From an uncultured Spirochaetota bacterium (GTDB lineage: Bacteria; Spirochaetota; Spirochaetia; SZUA-6; Fen-1364), in NCBI GenBank assembly GCA_963820525.1, contig CAWGAA010000003.1, positions 64,001 through 128,000 of the forward strand: a stretch of 64,000 nucleotides of DNA. Direction: 5' to 3'. Numbering within the stretch: position 1 is the first letter of the stretch; every line of letters begins with the position of its first letter. Positions 37,863 through 48,796 of the stretch are shown here, piece by piece. The position numbers and the translations under genes are program-made. The notes under the pieces are model-generated. The model saw only the letters and a program-made list of their open reading frames with translations. It was not told where the DNA came from and did not search any database.

Positions 37863-39587
37863 TCATTTCACGGTGACCGTAAGCGACCCCACGATCTCCC
37901 TGTAGCTGACCTGGATGGTCGCCTTCCCCTTGGACAGGGCGGCAAGCTCACCGGTGGCGCTCACCGTGGCTACTTTCGGGGTAAGGGACTTGTACGTGGG
38001 AACCACTGTTTCGGGTGACTCGCTGAATATGTCGTTCCCCGTTCCCGGAGCCGAGCCCAAGGCAGCGAACGAGTAGACCACCAGCTTCGTGGAGAGCTTG
38101 AGCTTCTGCCTGGCCTTGAGAGCATTGGGATCCGAGCCGGCCGGCGGCTTCACTGAAAGCCCGTCCCTCAGGCCCGAAAGCTTCTTGACCGCGGCGACAT
38201 CCAGCGCGTAGTTGTACATGCGAAGCTCATCGATCACGCCTCTGGTGAAGAAGGTGTTGCCGCGGTCGATGAGCTGGCCGATCACAAGCTTCCCGCCGGA
38301 GCCGGTGACGGCGTCCTCTTCCCCCTCCGAGCTCTTGGCGAGCGCGCCGTCGAGGTAGAACCTCGTGGACTTTCCGTCATACGTGATCGTGAGCAAAGTC
38401 CATCTCCCGGGTGCCATGCGGGTTTCCGTATTGGAGGAATGCTGGCCTTCGGTGCTGAAACCATAGATGGTCATGGAAGGCACATAACCCCGGCCCGATT
38501 TTGCATCGTAGAAGGCGGTATCCACGGAAAGGGTGTAGGCGGGAAGGGCGGAGTCCAGGCTGCTCTTGAGCTTTGTCAGGACGGGTTGGGTTGACTGCCC
38601 CTCCTTGCCCAGATCCAGCTTCAGCCAGCAGGAGATGGTGTAGCCGCCGCCGAGCTGGAGAGAGTCCCTGTCCGCGACCTCGATGAAGCTTTTGCCGTCG
38701 AACTGCGCCCCCTTTGTCGCGATGGAATCCACGTAGCCGACATTCCCGACAATCGCCCCATTGTTCCCCCAACCGGACGAATCGGCCGCATCCCCGTTGA
38801 AATTGAAGTAGGCGATCATTCTCTTGGGCGCGGCGACCAGGTCTCCGCCGGGTCCCGCAAGCGCAGCTTGATAGAGCCCCTTGATTTCATCCTGGCCGAG
38901 AGCCCTGTTGTAGATCCGAAGGTCATCCATTCTTCCGCTATAGAAGACTTTCCCCTCGTTCAATGTGACCAGGCCGATCTGGAGCTTGCCGCTTGAGCCG
39001 GCCAGGCGCGTCCCCCCCGCGCTCTCCTTCTGGGAGAAAAGCTCGCCGTTTCGGAAAAACCTGATCGATTCGCCGTCATAGGTGATGGTGAGAAGCTGCC
39101 ATCTGTGCGCATCGATTCTCTTGTCCGCCGTCACTTCGCCCAGGCCGATATTGTCGCTGGCATCGTAGCGTTGGAGCTGGGGCTGCATGCTCCTCTCGCT
39201 GACTGTGTACGCGGGGATGGTGGCATTGAGATCGCTTGCGAGCTTCGTGAGGATTCCTTGAGCCTTGTCTATTTCCACGGGGTCATCGTTGAGCCACAGG
39301 GAGAAGGTGAAATCCTTCCCGAGATCCAGCGAATTGTTGTCGTTCACCTGGACGTAGCTCTTCCCGTTGAAGAGGGCGGCCATCCCGAGTGGGCCCGGGA
39401 CGTAGGTGATTGAACCGACGGCAGTCCCGTCGTTGCCGTTGCCGGAGTCGTCCTTGAGAGTGCCGTCGAAAGCGTAATGGGCAACGAGAGCCGTATCATC
39501 GGCAAGCGCCGCGCCCGCGCTCACGATGAAAAGAGAGATGGACAGAAAGAGGACCATGAACGGTCCCACTGTTCTTCTTGTTCTCAC
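37863..39587 (-). CDS. Secreted protein with two LamG/concanavalin A-like domains and a C-terminal Ig-like domain
   Basis: Signal peptide; two repeats (AHYAFDG..DDSGNGNDG...W.LLTITYDG...G.MDDLRIYNRAL); terminal VATVSATGELAALSKGKATIQVS. Confidence 0.85.
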   Translation of the reverse strand: MRTRRTVGPFMVLFLSISLFIVSAGAALADDTALVAHYAFDGTLKDDSGNGNDGTAVGSITYVPGPLGMAALFNGKSYVQVNDNNSLDLGKDFTFSLWLNDDPVEIDKAQGILTKLASDLNATIPAYTVSERSMQPQLQRYDASDNIGLGEVTADKRIDAHRWQLLTITYDGESIRFFRNGELFSQKESAGGTRLAGSSGKLQIGLVTLNEGKVFYSGRMDDLRIYNRALGQDEIKGLYQAALAGPGGDLVAAPKRMIAYFNFNGDAADSSGWGNNGAIVGNVGYVDSIATKGAQFDGKSFIEVADRDSLQLGGGYTISCWLKLDLGKEGQSTQPVLTKLKSSLDSALPAYTLSVDTAFYDAKSGRGYVPSMTIYGFSTEGQHSSNTETRMAPGRWTLLTITYDGKSTRFYLDGALAKSSEGEEDAVTGSGGKLVIGQLIDRGNTFFTRGVIDELRMYNYALDVAAVKKLSGLRDGLSVKPPAGSDPNALKARQKLKLSTKLVVYSFAALGSAPGTGNDIFSESPETVVPTYKSLTPKVATVSATGELAALSKGKATIQVSYREIVGSLTVTVK

Positions 39588-39752
39588 GGGAATACCCTCC
39601 TTGCGCTCGTGCGTGCTCAGCCTGCTTTATTGGGCGGGCGGCGTCGATTATCCCTCCGGCGCTCCCGCCCCGTCAAGCTCTCCCGCGCGCGGCCATGACC
39701 ATGCCCGCCGCCATTGACTCCCCACCGGTACGCGGCTATCCTCTGTCCTTGC

Positions 39753-40889
39753 ATGGACGCGCCGGCTGAAAACCCAGATACTCGGACATTCCTCAAGAGC
39801 CTCGGATTCCCCGAAGTCAAGGTCCACCGCTCCTTCAACCACTTCGATTTCGGCCGCGCCGGCCGCCGCATCCTGGTGATCGGCTCCATGGGGTCCGGAA
39901 AGACCGAGTTCTCCGCCCGGGTATGGAGAGACTCCGAGGTGGCGCGAAAGAAGGTGGGCGCCGCCGCGGCGGGCGCGATGACGGGAGAGTCGGACCGGAG
40001 GGTGGTTTTTTTCATCCGCTCAGCGCTGGATGCCGGGCGGTTCCCCGACTATCCCCCGGATGCGCTTCCCTACAGGGGCGGATACGTTCGCTGCGGAGCC
40101 AATATCGCGGAGATCCGCGATTCCTTCGACCTGGAGCGGATAATCGCGGCGAATCCGCTCGTCGGCACGTGGATCATAGACGAAGCGGCGTTTTACGAGG
40201 AGCGCCTCGCCTACGTGGTCGAGCGCGCATCCCGGTCGCGGGGACTCACCTTCATCTTCCCCTCCCTCATCCTCAACTTCCGGCGGGAGATCTTCAACAC
40301 CACGGCGCGGCTCCTGTTGGACACGGCCACGGACGTTTTCCCCCTCACCGCGTACTGCGAGCATCCCGAGTGCATTGCTGACTCATTCTATACCTACCGC
40401 TCCTACACGGTTGATGGAAGTGAATGTCCCGCGCTCTATTTCGATCCGCTCATCGTGATCGGGGGAGACCGCGAAGTGAACGACCCGCGCGAGCCGAATT
40501 ACGCAACCCGCTGCGACGAGCACCACTACCTTCCGGGCAAGGAGTACTGCTTCCTTATTCTCAAGCCGCTGGGCGAGGAGGCGCTGAAAGGGGACATCCG
40601 GCCCCTGCGGGCGGAGCTCGAGTATCTTCGCGACAACATGGGCTCCTCCCGCCTCCACGCCCATTTCCAGGAGCTCTACGGCAGGGAAGGGGCGCGCGGC
40701 TCCATCATGATGAACGCCCTGCGGGTAGCCTGCATCGCGGAGAAGGCCCTTTTATTTCTCTTCTCGGAGCAGAACCTCCTGCCCAAGGAGAGCTTCGTTC
40801 GCCTGGCGCGGGAGCTGGAGCTTGACGGGGAGTACCTGAGGCGGCGGCTCTCCGATACGCGGCGCTCGGGCGTGCTGGAAGAGCTATGA
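39753..40889 (+). CDS. tdk: Thymidine kinase, long spirochaete type
   Basis: GSMGSGKT, IDEAAF, zinc site AYCEHPEC...TRCDEHH; C-terminal extension. Confidence 0.8.
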   Translation: MDAPAENPDTRTFLKSLGFPEVKVHRSFNHFDFGRAGRRILVIGSMGSGKTEFSARVWRDSEVARKKVGAAAAGAMTGESDRRVVFFIRSALDAGRFPDYPPDALPYRGGYVRCGANIAEIRDSFDLERIIAANPLVGTWIIDEAAFYEERLAYVVERASRSRGLTFIFPSLILNFRREIFNTTARLLLDTATDVFPLTAYCEHPECIADSFYTYRSYTVDGSECPALYFDPLIVIGGDREVNDPREPNYATRCDEHHYLPGKEYCFLILKPLGEEALKGDIRPLRAELEYLRDNMGSSRLHAHFQELYGREGARGSIMMNALRVACIAEKALLFLFSEQNLLPKESFVRLARELELDGEYLRRRLSDTRRSGVLEEL

Positions 40890-41671
40890 GAGCGTTTCAC
40901 AGTCTAACGGCCGTTCGTAGTATCGTCCTCGCGGCCCTCCTCTCGTCGGCGCTCCTTGCCGGCTGCTCGGGCAAGCCGCCGCAGATCTCGCGCGTCTTCC
41001 GCCAGCTCCTTCTCGTTCATGACCTCCAGGCCAATTCCTACACCGAGCGGCTGAGCGTATTCGTGGTGGGAAGCGATCCGGATGGATCGGATGACCTTTC
41101 GACTCTCTACGTGATCAACGACGATGCCGAGGCATTCTGGACCGTGGACAGCAAGAGCTGGTCGAGCTCCACGGCCGAAGGGGAGACCTGGATAGGGACC
41201 AATGGCCTGGCGATGCCGGGCGGCGCGCCTCTTCCCGTGGGGACATATCGGGTGATTCTCCAGGATGCCGGAGGCGAGACGGCGGAGGACAGCTTCACCC
41301 TCCCGGACGAAGGGGTGGACCCGTCCAAAGTGAGCTATCCCGTGGCCAGCGTCAAGGCGGGGATAATCCGCATCACGGGCCCGGTGACCGGCCCCGAGAT
41401 CTGGATCTATACCAAGGAAGACCGCTTCCTCATGCGCCTTCCCATGGGCCAGAGCATCCAGCCCGCGGTCCCGGCGGGTCAGGGCGCAGCACCCGCGGGA
41501 GCGGGGGCTCGTCCCACCGGCTCCGGCGGCAACATCCTGGCTTTGAAGGACATCGCCGCGGCTTACCCCACCCTCACCCAGGGATTCATCTTCTGGGCGT
41601 ACGGGCAGGACCCCCAGAGGTTCGGGCTGCTCAGCGGCCCTTACTCATCCGGAAGCTTGCAGGCTCAATAG
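40886..41671 (+). CDS. Hypothetical lipoprotein
   Basis: Lipobox LAGC; ATGA overlap with tdk. Confidence 0.75.
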   Translation: MRAFHSLTAVRSIVLAALLSSALLAGCSGKPPQISRVFRQLLLVHDLQANSYTERLSVFVVGSDPDGSDDLSTLYVINDDAEAFWTVDSKSWSSSTAEGETWIGTNGLAMPGGAPLPVGTYRVILQDAGGETAEDSFTLPDEGVDPSKVSYPVASVKAGIIRITGPVTGPEIWIYTKEDRFLMRLPMGQSIQPAVPAGQGAAPAGAGARPTGSGGNILALKDIAAAYPTLTQGFIFWAYGQDPQRFGLLSGPYSSGSLQAQ

Positions 41672-41692
41672 CCCAGCCCGTATAATCGTCCC

Positions 41693-43183
41693 ATGGCATC
41701 CTATATTCTCGCGTTGGATCAGGGGACGACCAGCTCGCGCGCCATCCTCTTCGATAGGTCGGGGCGAGAGGTCGCAAAGGTCCAGAAGCCTTTCGCCCAG
41801 CATTACCCCCGGCCGGGCTGGGTCGAGCACGACCCCCGGGAGATCAGGGACACCCAGCTCGCATCGGCCCGCGAGGCCATCGCCGCCGCCCGCGTGAAGC
41901 CCTCCGACATCGCCGGCATCGGGATCGCCAACCAGAGGGAGACGGCGGTCTTCTGGGACCGCAGGACGGGCGAGCCCCTCGGTCCGGCCATCGTCTGGCA
42001 GGACAGGCGCACAACCGAGGCGTGCCGCCGGCTGGCGGCGGAAGGGCTCGAGGCGAAAATCAGCCAGAAGACGGGGCTCCTTCTGGATCCCTACTTCTCC
42101 GGCACCAAGATCGCCTGGTTCCTCCAGAACGTTCCCGGCATGAGGCGCAAAGCCCAGGCGGGCGGAGTGTGCTTCGGCACAATCGATTCCTGGCTCATCG
42201 CCTGCCTCACCGGCAAACACCTTACGGACCCGTCCAACGCCTCGCGCACCCTGCTGTTCAACATCCGGGAAGGCACATGGGACAAGGAGATCCTTTCGAT
42301 CCTCGATATCCCCGAGTCGATGCTCCCCCAGGTGGCGCCGTCCGCCTCGATGCTGGGCACGGCCAGGCAGGACGCGCTCGGGGCCGAGATTCCCGTCTGC
42401 GGCTGCCTGGGAGACCAGCAGGCGGCCCTCCTCGGGCAGGCGTGCCTTTCTCCCGGGATGGTCAAGGTCACCTACGGCACGGGATGCTTCAGCCTGGCGA
42501 GCACGGGAAAGAAGGCGGTCGCGTCGAAGAACAGGCTCCTCACCACCGTCGCATGGGACCTTGGCGACGGCCTCGAGTACGCTCTGGAGGGCTCAGTGTT
42601 CATAGGAGGAGCCGTCGTTCAGTGGCTCCGCGACGAGGTTGCCCTTGTCTCCTCGGCCGTCGAGACCGAGGAACGGGCCCGATCGGTGGCCGATACGGGA
42701 GGGGTGTACTTCGTTCCCGCGTTCGTCGGACTCGGGGCGCCGTACTGGGACCCCGAGGCGCGGGGCACGATCCTGGGAATCACCCGCGGGACGAAACGCG
42801 AGCACATCGTGCGGGCAGCCCTGGAGAGCATCGCGTTCCAAACCCGCGACCTCATCGAGGCCATGGAGAAGGACGCAGCAATCGAGATCGCATCGGTGCG
42901 CGTGGACGGCGGGGCCTCTCTCAACGGCTTTCTCATGCAGTTCCAGGCCGACATTCTCGACGCGACGCTGGTTCGGCCGCTGAGTCCCGAGACCACCGCC
43001 CTGGGAGCGGCGTTTGCCGCCGGGCTCACGGCCGGGTTCTGGAAGGACAGGGAAGAGCTATCACGGATCTGGCAGCAGGAGGCGCGTTTCGAGCCCGCGA
43101 TGCGCCCGGAGGAAAGAGCGTCACGTCTCGAGTCATGGAAGCGAGCCGTGAGCGCCGCGCGCGCGTTCGGAACTGGGGCCTGA
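41693..43183 (+). CDS. glpK: Glycerol kinase
   Basis: [48 protein letters not shown]. Confidence 0.96.
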   Translation: MASYILALDQGTTSSRAILFDRSGREVAKVQKPFAQHYPRPGWVEHDPREIRDTQLASAREAIAAARVKPSDIAGIGIANQRETAVFWDRRTGEPLGPAIVWQDRRTTEACRRLAAEGLEAKISQKTGLLLDPYFSGTKIAWFLQNVPGMRRKAQAGGVCFGTIDSWLIACLTGKHLTDPSNASRTLLFNIREGTWDKEILSILDIPESMLPQVAPSASMLGTARQDALGAEIPVCGCLGDQQAALLGQACLSPGMVKVTYGTGCFSLASTGKKAVASKNRLLTTVAWDLGDGLEYALEGSVFIGGAVVQWLRDEVALVSSAVETEERARSVADTGGVYFVPAFVGLGAPYWDPEARGTILGITRGTKREHIVRAALESIAFQTRDLIEAMEKDAAIEIASVRVDGGASLNGFLMQFQADILDATLVRPLSPETTALGAAFAAGLTAGFWKDREELSRIWQQEARFEPAMRPEERASRLESWKRAVSAARAFGTGA

Positions 43184-43202
43184 AGGATTGATTGTGGGGG
43201 AA

Positions 43203-43275
43203 TGCCGCCGATCAGAGTCGAACTGATGACACGTGGATTTTCAGTCCACTGCTCTACCACCTGAGCTACAGCGGC
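43203..43275 (-). tRNA. tRNA-Phe(GAA)
   Basis: Reverse complement GCCGCTGTAGCTCAGGTGGTAGAGCAGTGGACTGAAAATCCACGTGTCATCAGTTCGACTCTGATCGGCGGCA folds as a cloverleaf. Confidence 0.96.
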
Positions 43276-43418
43276 AAAAAACGCTTGCCTGACGCCTCGC
43301 GGCGTCAGCCGCCATAGTATTTGCCGAGGAGAAAAAGTCAAGGGGCCGCGGCGCTTCGGACGCCCCGGCAACTGCTTGCCGATGCCGCCCGCCGATGATA
43401 AGGTACTCAAGCGTCTGT

Positions 43419-44456
43419 ATGCCGTCCCATTTCACGCACCTGATTTTTACCGAGGAGGCCGTGACCGCCGCGCTCGGCGAAGCCGGAAACAGGATTATCG
43501 CCTCATTCGGCAACCTCCTGCGCTTCGGAGCGCAGGGGCCCGATTTCTTCTATCACAATCAGCGAACGGTGCCCACGGGGCTGCGTTACGGGGTTCTCAC
43601 TCATCGCCATGGATACGGCACGCTGGTTGAAAATATGACTAGGGAAGCCCTGCGTCTGAACCTTCCGCCCCAGTCGGAGCTCGCCGCGTTCATCCTCGGC
43701 TTCGCGACTCACGCTCCCCTGGACAGGAGGACGCACCCCTACATCGTCTATCGCGCGGGCTGGGTGGATCCCGAAAAACCGGAAACCCGCCGCTTCTCGA
43801 AATGCCATCCCTTTCTCGAGCGCATCATCGACGTGCTGGTCCTTCGCGAGAGAAGGGGCCAGGGGCTTTCCGACTTCGATTTTCTCTCCCGGGTGCGCTG
43901 CGGCAAAACCCTTCCCTACCCCGTCATCAAGACCATGGTGAAGGGCCTCAACGCCACCTACCCGTCCACGGCTCACAAATCCCGCGACAGGATGAGGATC
44001 GAGAACGCCTACCATGACGCCGTTTTCTTCTACAAGCTCACGAACCACAGGACCCCCGCATGGCGGCTTCTGGCGTTCAAGAAGGATAAAAGGGACGGTT
44101 TCCGCGAGAGGCGGCTGGCCCTGTTCCACCCCGTGGAAGTTCCCGAGGGCTCGGATTTTCTCAATGCGAAGCATGAGAGATGGTGTCACCCCTGCGATGA
44201 AAACGAGATCTCGCATGCTTCCTTCATGGACCTTTATCAGCAAGCCTTGGAGGATGCCGGGGAAGCGGTTCGAGCGGTGTACGATGTGATTTCACGCAAG
44301 GCTTCCCCCGATGGTCTCGGCGACAGGCTGGGAAACCAGAGCCTCGATTCTGGCAGGGAGCACTGCACCCCCCGCTGCTCGGATCCCTTCCCTCTTTCCG
44401 AAATTCTGGACGAGATCTACAGGAAGCTCGAAAAAGAGATGGCCGGGCGCTCCTGA
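43419..44456 (+). CDS. Zinc-dependent phospholipase C family protein
   Basis: MPSHFTH, GAQGPDFFYH, GFATHAPLD..THPY, HPFLE. Confidence 0.8.
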   Translation: MPSHFTHLIFTEEAVTAALGEAGNRIIASFGNLLRFGAQGPDFFYHNQRTVPTGLRYGVLTHRHGYGTLVENMTREALRLNLPPQSELAAFILGFATHAPLDRRTHPYIVYRAGWVDPEKPETRRFSKCHPFLERIIDVLVLRERRGQGLSDFDFLSRVRCGKTLPYPVIKTMVKGLNATYPSTAHKSRDRMRIENAYHDAVFFYKLTNHRTPAWRLLAFKKDKRDGFRERRLALFHPVEVPEGSDFLNAKHERWCHPCDENEISHASFMDLYQQALEDAGEAVRAVYDVISRKASPDGLGDRLGNQSLDSGREHCTPRCSDPFPLSEILDEIYRKLEKEMAGRS

Positions 44457-44459
44457 ATC

Positions 44460-46505
44460 CTAATGCCCTTCGGCCCCCAGGTATGACATCATTTGCGACA
44501 CATCGTTTGTTGGAAGCGAGCAGGCTCCGCCCCGGCACACGTACGCGGTGGCCCTGCCGTTTATTTCGGTCTGGTACCGGGCAAAGGGAGCCAGCCGGAC
44601 GATATCGGGCTCCGCGCCCGGGGGACGGAAGACAACGGTCTTTCCGGGAGAGAATGCACGCCTGAGCGCCCTGGCCATCAGCCCGGTATCCTCCCGCAGA
44701 GGATCTCCTGCCACCGCGACCTCGATCGGAGGACCGCTGATGAAATCCAGGGCGCTGAAGAAGAAACAGAAGGAAGAGGGGCTTTCATCGAGGGCGCGCG
44801 CGGGATAGAGGCCGAGGATGCCCCCCGCCTTATCCCGGTAGCTCTTGTTGTCCATGAGCCTGCCGAGCTTCGCCAGCACAAGAAGCGCCACGGAGTTTGC
44901 CGACGGAAGCACTCCGTCGGCGAGCGGTTTCCGTCCAGTGGAGGAAGCTCTCTCGAAGTTGTCCGTCAGGAAAAATCCTCCCCTGTTTGGGTCCCAGAAC
45001 CGGGCGACGAGCGAGTCGACCAGGCCCGCCGCCTGCTCGAGGAAGCTCGCCGTGAAGGTGGCCTCATAGAGCTCCAAGAGGCCCCAGGCAAGGTACGCGT
45101 AATCATCGGCGAACGCGGGGATGCCCGACTCTCCGTTGCGGTAGCGATGCATGAGGCTTCCGTCGCGCGCACGCATCCGGGAGAGAACGAAGAGCGCCGC
45201 GTTCGACGCCGCTTCATGCAGCGCGGGCTCGTCGAATGCCCCTCCCGCGCTCGCGAATGCCGCGATGGCAAGGCCGTTCCACCCCGCGAGGATCTTGTCG
45301 TCGCGGAACGGACGCGGCCGCCGCGCGCGCGCCGCGAGGAGCTTCTCCTCTATCGCGCCGGGCGGCGAGGTGTCGGAGGGATCTCTGTGCAGGATGTTCA
45401 TCCCTGAAGCCTGATCGCCAGGCATGGCGAAGTTCCCTTCTTCCCGCACCCGATACCTTCGGCAGAGCTCCGCAAACTCGGCTTCGGTCAGGAGCCCGCG
45501 AGCTTCGGAGGCTTTCCAGAGGTAGAACCTCCCCTCCTCTCCTTCGCTGTCGGCATCCTCGGCAGAGGCGAACCCCCCGCCCGGATCCGTCATGTCCCGA
45601 CGCACGTAGCGGAGGATCTCCTCCGCGGTAGCCCGATAGAAAGCCTTGCCCGTGGCCTGCCATGCCTCGGTGTACGCCAGGGCGAGGAGGGCCTGATCGT
45701 AGAGCATCTTCTCGAAATGGGGGACAAGCCAGCGGCTGTCCGTGGAGTAACGGTGGAAGCCGAACCCGAGCTGGTCATAGATGCCCCCGTTTCGCATCGC
45801 GGTGAGGCTCTTCTCCACGATGGCGAGGGATTTCGGATCTCCGCTGCTTTTCCAGGATCGAAGAAGGAAAAGAAGGATGTCGGGCATGGGAAACTTGGGA
45901 GCGCCGCCGAAGCCTCCATGCTCCTCGTCATGGAGAGACAAGATCCTCGCCGCGACGTTCGAAAGGAAACCGGGGGCAAGGAGCGCTTCGCGGGCTGCCG
46001 CGGGCTCCGCGGGCCGTGCAAGCTCGCGCGCGATTGCCCGCGCCGAATCCGTCAGCCGCGATCGGCTGGTTTTCCACAGCTCGCGGATCCGGGGCACCAG
46101 CTCCAGCATTCCCGGCCTGCCGTATCCGCCCGTCTTCGGTATGTATGTTGCCGCGAAGAACGGCTCCTTTTCGGGGGTCATGACGATGGAGAGCGGCCAG
46201 CCTCCGCTTCCCGTGAGCAGCTGGCAGACTTCCATATAGCGGCCGTCCAGATCGGGGCGCTCCTCCCTGTCCACCTTCACGGAAACGAATGCGTCGTTCA
46301 TCAGCGCCGCCACCTCGGGATCGTCGAAGCATTCCGTTTCCATGACGTGGCACCAGTGGCAGGTGGAGTATCCGATGGAGAGGAAGACCGGCTTGTCCCG
46401 AGCCCGCGCCTCCCCAAAGGCCTCGTCCCCCCAGGGATACCAGTCCACGGGGTTTGACGCGTGCTGCAGCAGATAGGGGCTTCTCTCGTCTTTCAGGCGG
46501 TTCAA
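44460..46505 (-). CDS. YyaL/SPATA20 family thioredoxin-like protein
   Basis: NRL...[48 protein letters not shown]; probable TTG start. Confidence 0.9.
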   Translation of the reverse strand: MNRLKDERSPYLLQHASNPVDWYPWGDEAFGEARARDKPVFLSIGYSTCHWCHVMETECFDDPEVAALMNDAFVSVKVDREERPDLDGRYMEVCQLLTGSGGWPLSIVMTPEKEPFFAATYIPKTGGYGRPGMLELVPRIRELWKTSRSRLTDSARAIARELARPAEPAAAREALLAPGFLSNVAARILSLHDEEHGGFGGAPKFPMPDILLFLLRSWKSSGDPKSLAIVEKSLTAMRNGGIYDQLGFGFHRYSTDSRWLVPHFEKMLYDQALLALAYTEAWQATGKAFYRATAEEILRYVRRDMTDPGGGFASAEDADSEGEEGRFYLWKASEARGLLTEAEFAELCRRYRVREEGNFAMPGDQASGMNILHRDPSDTSPPGAIEEKLLAARARRPRPFRDDKILAGWNGLAIAAFASAGGAFDEPALHEAASNAALFVLSRMRARDGSLMHRYRNGESGIPAFADDYAYLAWGLLELYEATFTASFLEQAAGLVDSLVARFWDPNRGGFFLTDNFERASSTGRKPLADGVLPSANSVALLVLAKLGRLMDNKSYRDKAGGILGLYPARALDESPSSFCFFFSALDFISGPPIEVAVAGDPLREDTGLMARALRRAFSPGKTVVFRPPGAEPDIVRLAPFARYQTEINGRATAYVCRGGACSLPTNDVSQMMSYLGAEGH

Positions 46506-46698
46506 AGCTTGATAAAAGGTACGGATTCGGCGGGGGTGGGGGCAAGCCGGGCGCTTGACTGGAAGCGACGACGCGGTCGGCAGGCAAACGGCGGTGCGGG
46601 AGGCGCCGCGGCGGCAAAGTAGTGAGGCGCCGCCCCAGTCGAAAGAGCGCCGCCAAGGAAGCGCCGCTACTTGCCGATAGCGGCCTGCCGCCGCGGGG

Positions 46699-47589
46699 CT
46701 ATGCCTTCCCGGCCCGCTCCCGCGAAATGCCCAGCGAGTTGTATATCCGCAGCACCGCTTTTGCTCGGTTGAAAGTGTAGAAATGAATCCCCCGCACGCC
46801 GTGATCCAGGAGGTCCAGCACCTGCTCGGTAGCCCAGTGGATCCCCACATTCTCGAAGGAGGTGTCGTCCGAGGCGCGGTTCAGCGCCTTGAGAAGGCGC
46901 GCGGGATAGCAGACGCCCGCCGCCTTGTCGGCCATGGCGACGAGGTTCTTGCGCGAAAGGATGGGCATGATGCCGGCAATGATCGGTACCCTGATTCCGG
47001 CGAGCTCGCAGCGCTCGCAGAAATCGAAGAAGACCCGGTTGTCGAAAAAGAGCTGCGTGCAGATGTAGTCTGCGCCCGCGTCCACCTTTTCCTTGAGCAG
47101 CTCGATCTCCCTCAACCGGTTCGGCGTCGCGGGATGTCCCTCGGGGTAGCCTGCTACCCCGATGCCCATAGCGGGGAACTCCCCGTGGATGAAGCCGACC
47201 AGCTCGCCCGCATGGGCGAACCCGCCCTCGGCGGGCGAAAAACCGGCATCGCCGCGCGGAGGGTCGCCCCTGAGCGCCATCACATTCTCGATCCCGCCCT
47301 CGCGATAGGTGTCGAGGATCCGGCGGATCTCTGAAGCCGACGAGCCGACGCACGTCAGATGCGCGACGACCACGAGGTCCGCACGCGATTGGATCCGAGT
47401 CACCAGCTCGTGCGTCAGGTGGCGGGTGGAGCCGCCCGCGCCATAGGTGACGCTCACGAACGAGGGGTGGAGAGCGGCGAGGCTTGAGATCGTGTCGTAG
47501 AGAAGCCGGGCCGCGTCCGGCGAGCGCGGCGGGAAGAACTCGAAGCTGAACGCGGGCCGATCCCGCTCGAATATCCGCGCTATGTGCAT
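46699..47589 (-). CDS. metF: 5,10-methylenetetrahydrofolate reductase
   Basis: [42 protein letters not shown]. Confidence 0.95.
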   Translation of the reverse strand: MHIARIFERDRPAFSFEFFPPRSPDAARLLYDTISSLAALHPSFVSVTYGAGGSTRHLTHELVTRIQSRADLVVVAHLTCVGSSASEIRRILDTYREGGIENVMALRGDPPRGDAGFSPAEGGFAHAGELVGFIHGEFPAMGIGVAGYPEGHPATPNRLREIELLKEKVDAGADYICTQLFFDNRVFFDFCERCELAGIRVPIIAGIMPILSRKNLVAMADKAAGVCYPARLLKALNRASDDTSFENVGIHWATEQVLDLLDHGVRGIHFYTFNRAKAVLRIYNSLGISRERAGKA

Positions 47590-47680
47590 GCGCTCCATTC
47601 TATAGCCGCGGGGGGCCATCTCTTCAAGTGGGACTCGCTCGACGTTGACCTCGCCAGATCGCCTCGCTACTATTGCCTCG

Positions 47681-48775
47681 ATGGCGGACAAGAAAGACGA
47701 TCGCCGCGAGAAGCCCGACCCCGCGGGGCGCCGGCGCGCCGACCGTAAAACCGGCATGGATCCCAGCCTGAAGGGTTTCATCAAGGAAACCACCCGGGAC
47801 GCGGGCTACCGCAAGGCGGCCCGGCTTCTCATGATCCTGGGAAAGGATGAGGCGGCAAAGGTCCTGAGCCACCTCTCCCCAAAGGAAGTGGAGGGAATCG
47901 CCCAGGAGATCGCGCGCACCGAGCACATCGACCAGAAGGAAGCCGCGGCAATCCTGGAAGAGTTCGGATATATCCGCCAGACCAAGGACCTCATCGCGAG
48001 CGGCGGGATCGAGAAAGCCGAAGAGATGCTGGTGGCATCCATCGGCAGGGAGCGCGCCGAGGCGATTCTGACCAAGGTGAAAAAGGAGATGGCGCCACCG
48101 CCGTTCTCCTTCCTCATGGACATCGACATCCACCAGACCGTCTCCCTTCTTCGGGAGGAGTCCCCGCCCGTGATCGCGCTCATCATGGCGCACCTGGAGC
48201 CCAAGGTGGCTGCGCGAATCCTCTCGTCCCTCCCGCCGGAAGTCCAGAAGGAGGTCGTGCCGCGGATCGCCAAGATGGGCACGATAGATGCGGAGGTCAT
48301 CCGCAGGGCGGAGGAGACCCTGCGCACGAAGATCAGAGACCAGGGCAAGGTGGTCACCGACGAGGTGAACGGCAAGGCTGCCCTCACCGAGATCCTCAAG
48401 TACATGGATCCCGCCAAGGAACAGGCGATCCTGGAGGAGCTGGAGCCGAACACCGCCAACGAGATCCGAAAATCGCTCTTCACCGCGGAGGTGATCTTCC
48501 AGATCACGGACAAGGACCTTCAAGGCGCGCTTCGCGACTACGCCGACCGCGAGATCGCCCTCATGCTGAAGGGTCAGGGCGACGCCTTCCGCGAGCGCAT
48601 CCTGGCGAATGTCTCGGAGCGCAGGCGCGAGTTCATCCTTTTGGAGATCGAGGGGCTCGGCCTCATCCCCAAGTCGAAGGCGGACTCCGCCCTCGACGAC
48701 TTTCTCGGCTACCTGCAGCTGCTGGAGCAGAAGGGCGAGATCACAATCATGCGCGAGCCGGAAAAATACGTCTAG
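47681..48775 (+). CDS. fliG: Flagellar motor switch FliG paralogue (orphan, FliG1-like)
   Basis: KAARLLMILG, GGIEKA, PFSFL, EESP (variant of EHPQ), G..ALTEIL, IRKSLFT; outside any flagellar cluster. Confidence 0.85.
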   Translation: MADKKDDRREKPDPAGRRRADRKTGMDPSLKGFIKETTRDAGYRKAARLLMILGKDEAAKVLSHLSPKEVEGIAQEIARTEHIDQKEAAAILEEFGYIRQTKDLIASGGIEKAEEMLVASIGRERAEAILTKVKKEMAPPPFSFLMDIDIHQTVSLLREESPPVIALIMAHLEPKVAARILSSLPPEVQKEVVPRIAKMGTIDAEVIRRAEETLRTKIRDQGKVVTDEVNGKAALTEILKYMDPAKEQAILEELEPNTANEIRKSLFTAEVIFQITDKDLQGALRDYADREIALMLKGQGDAFRERILANVSERRREFILLEIEGLGLIPKSKADSALDDFLGYLQLLEQKGEITIMREPEKYV

Positions 48776-48796
48776 ATCCGCCGGAAGGAGACGGGC

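Noticed and set aside
47590..47680. SAM riboswitch upstream of metF
   Set aside because: The intergenic gap is about 90 bp, filled by divergent promoters, with no SAM-riboswitch consensus.
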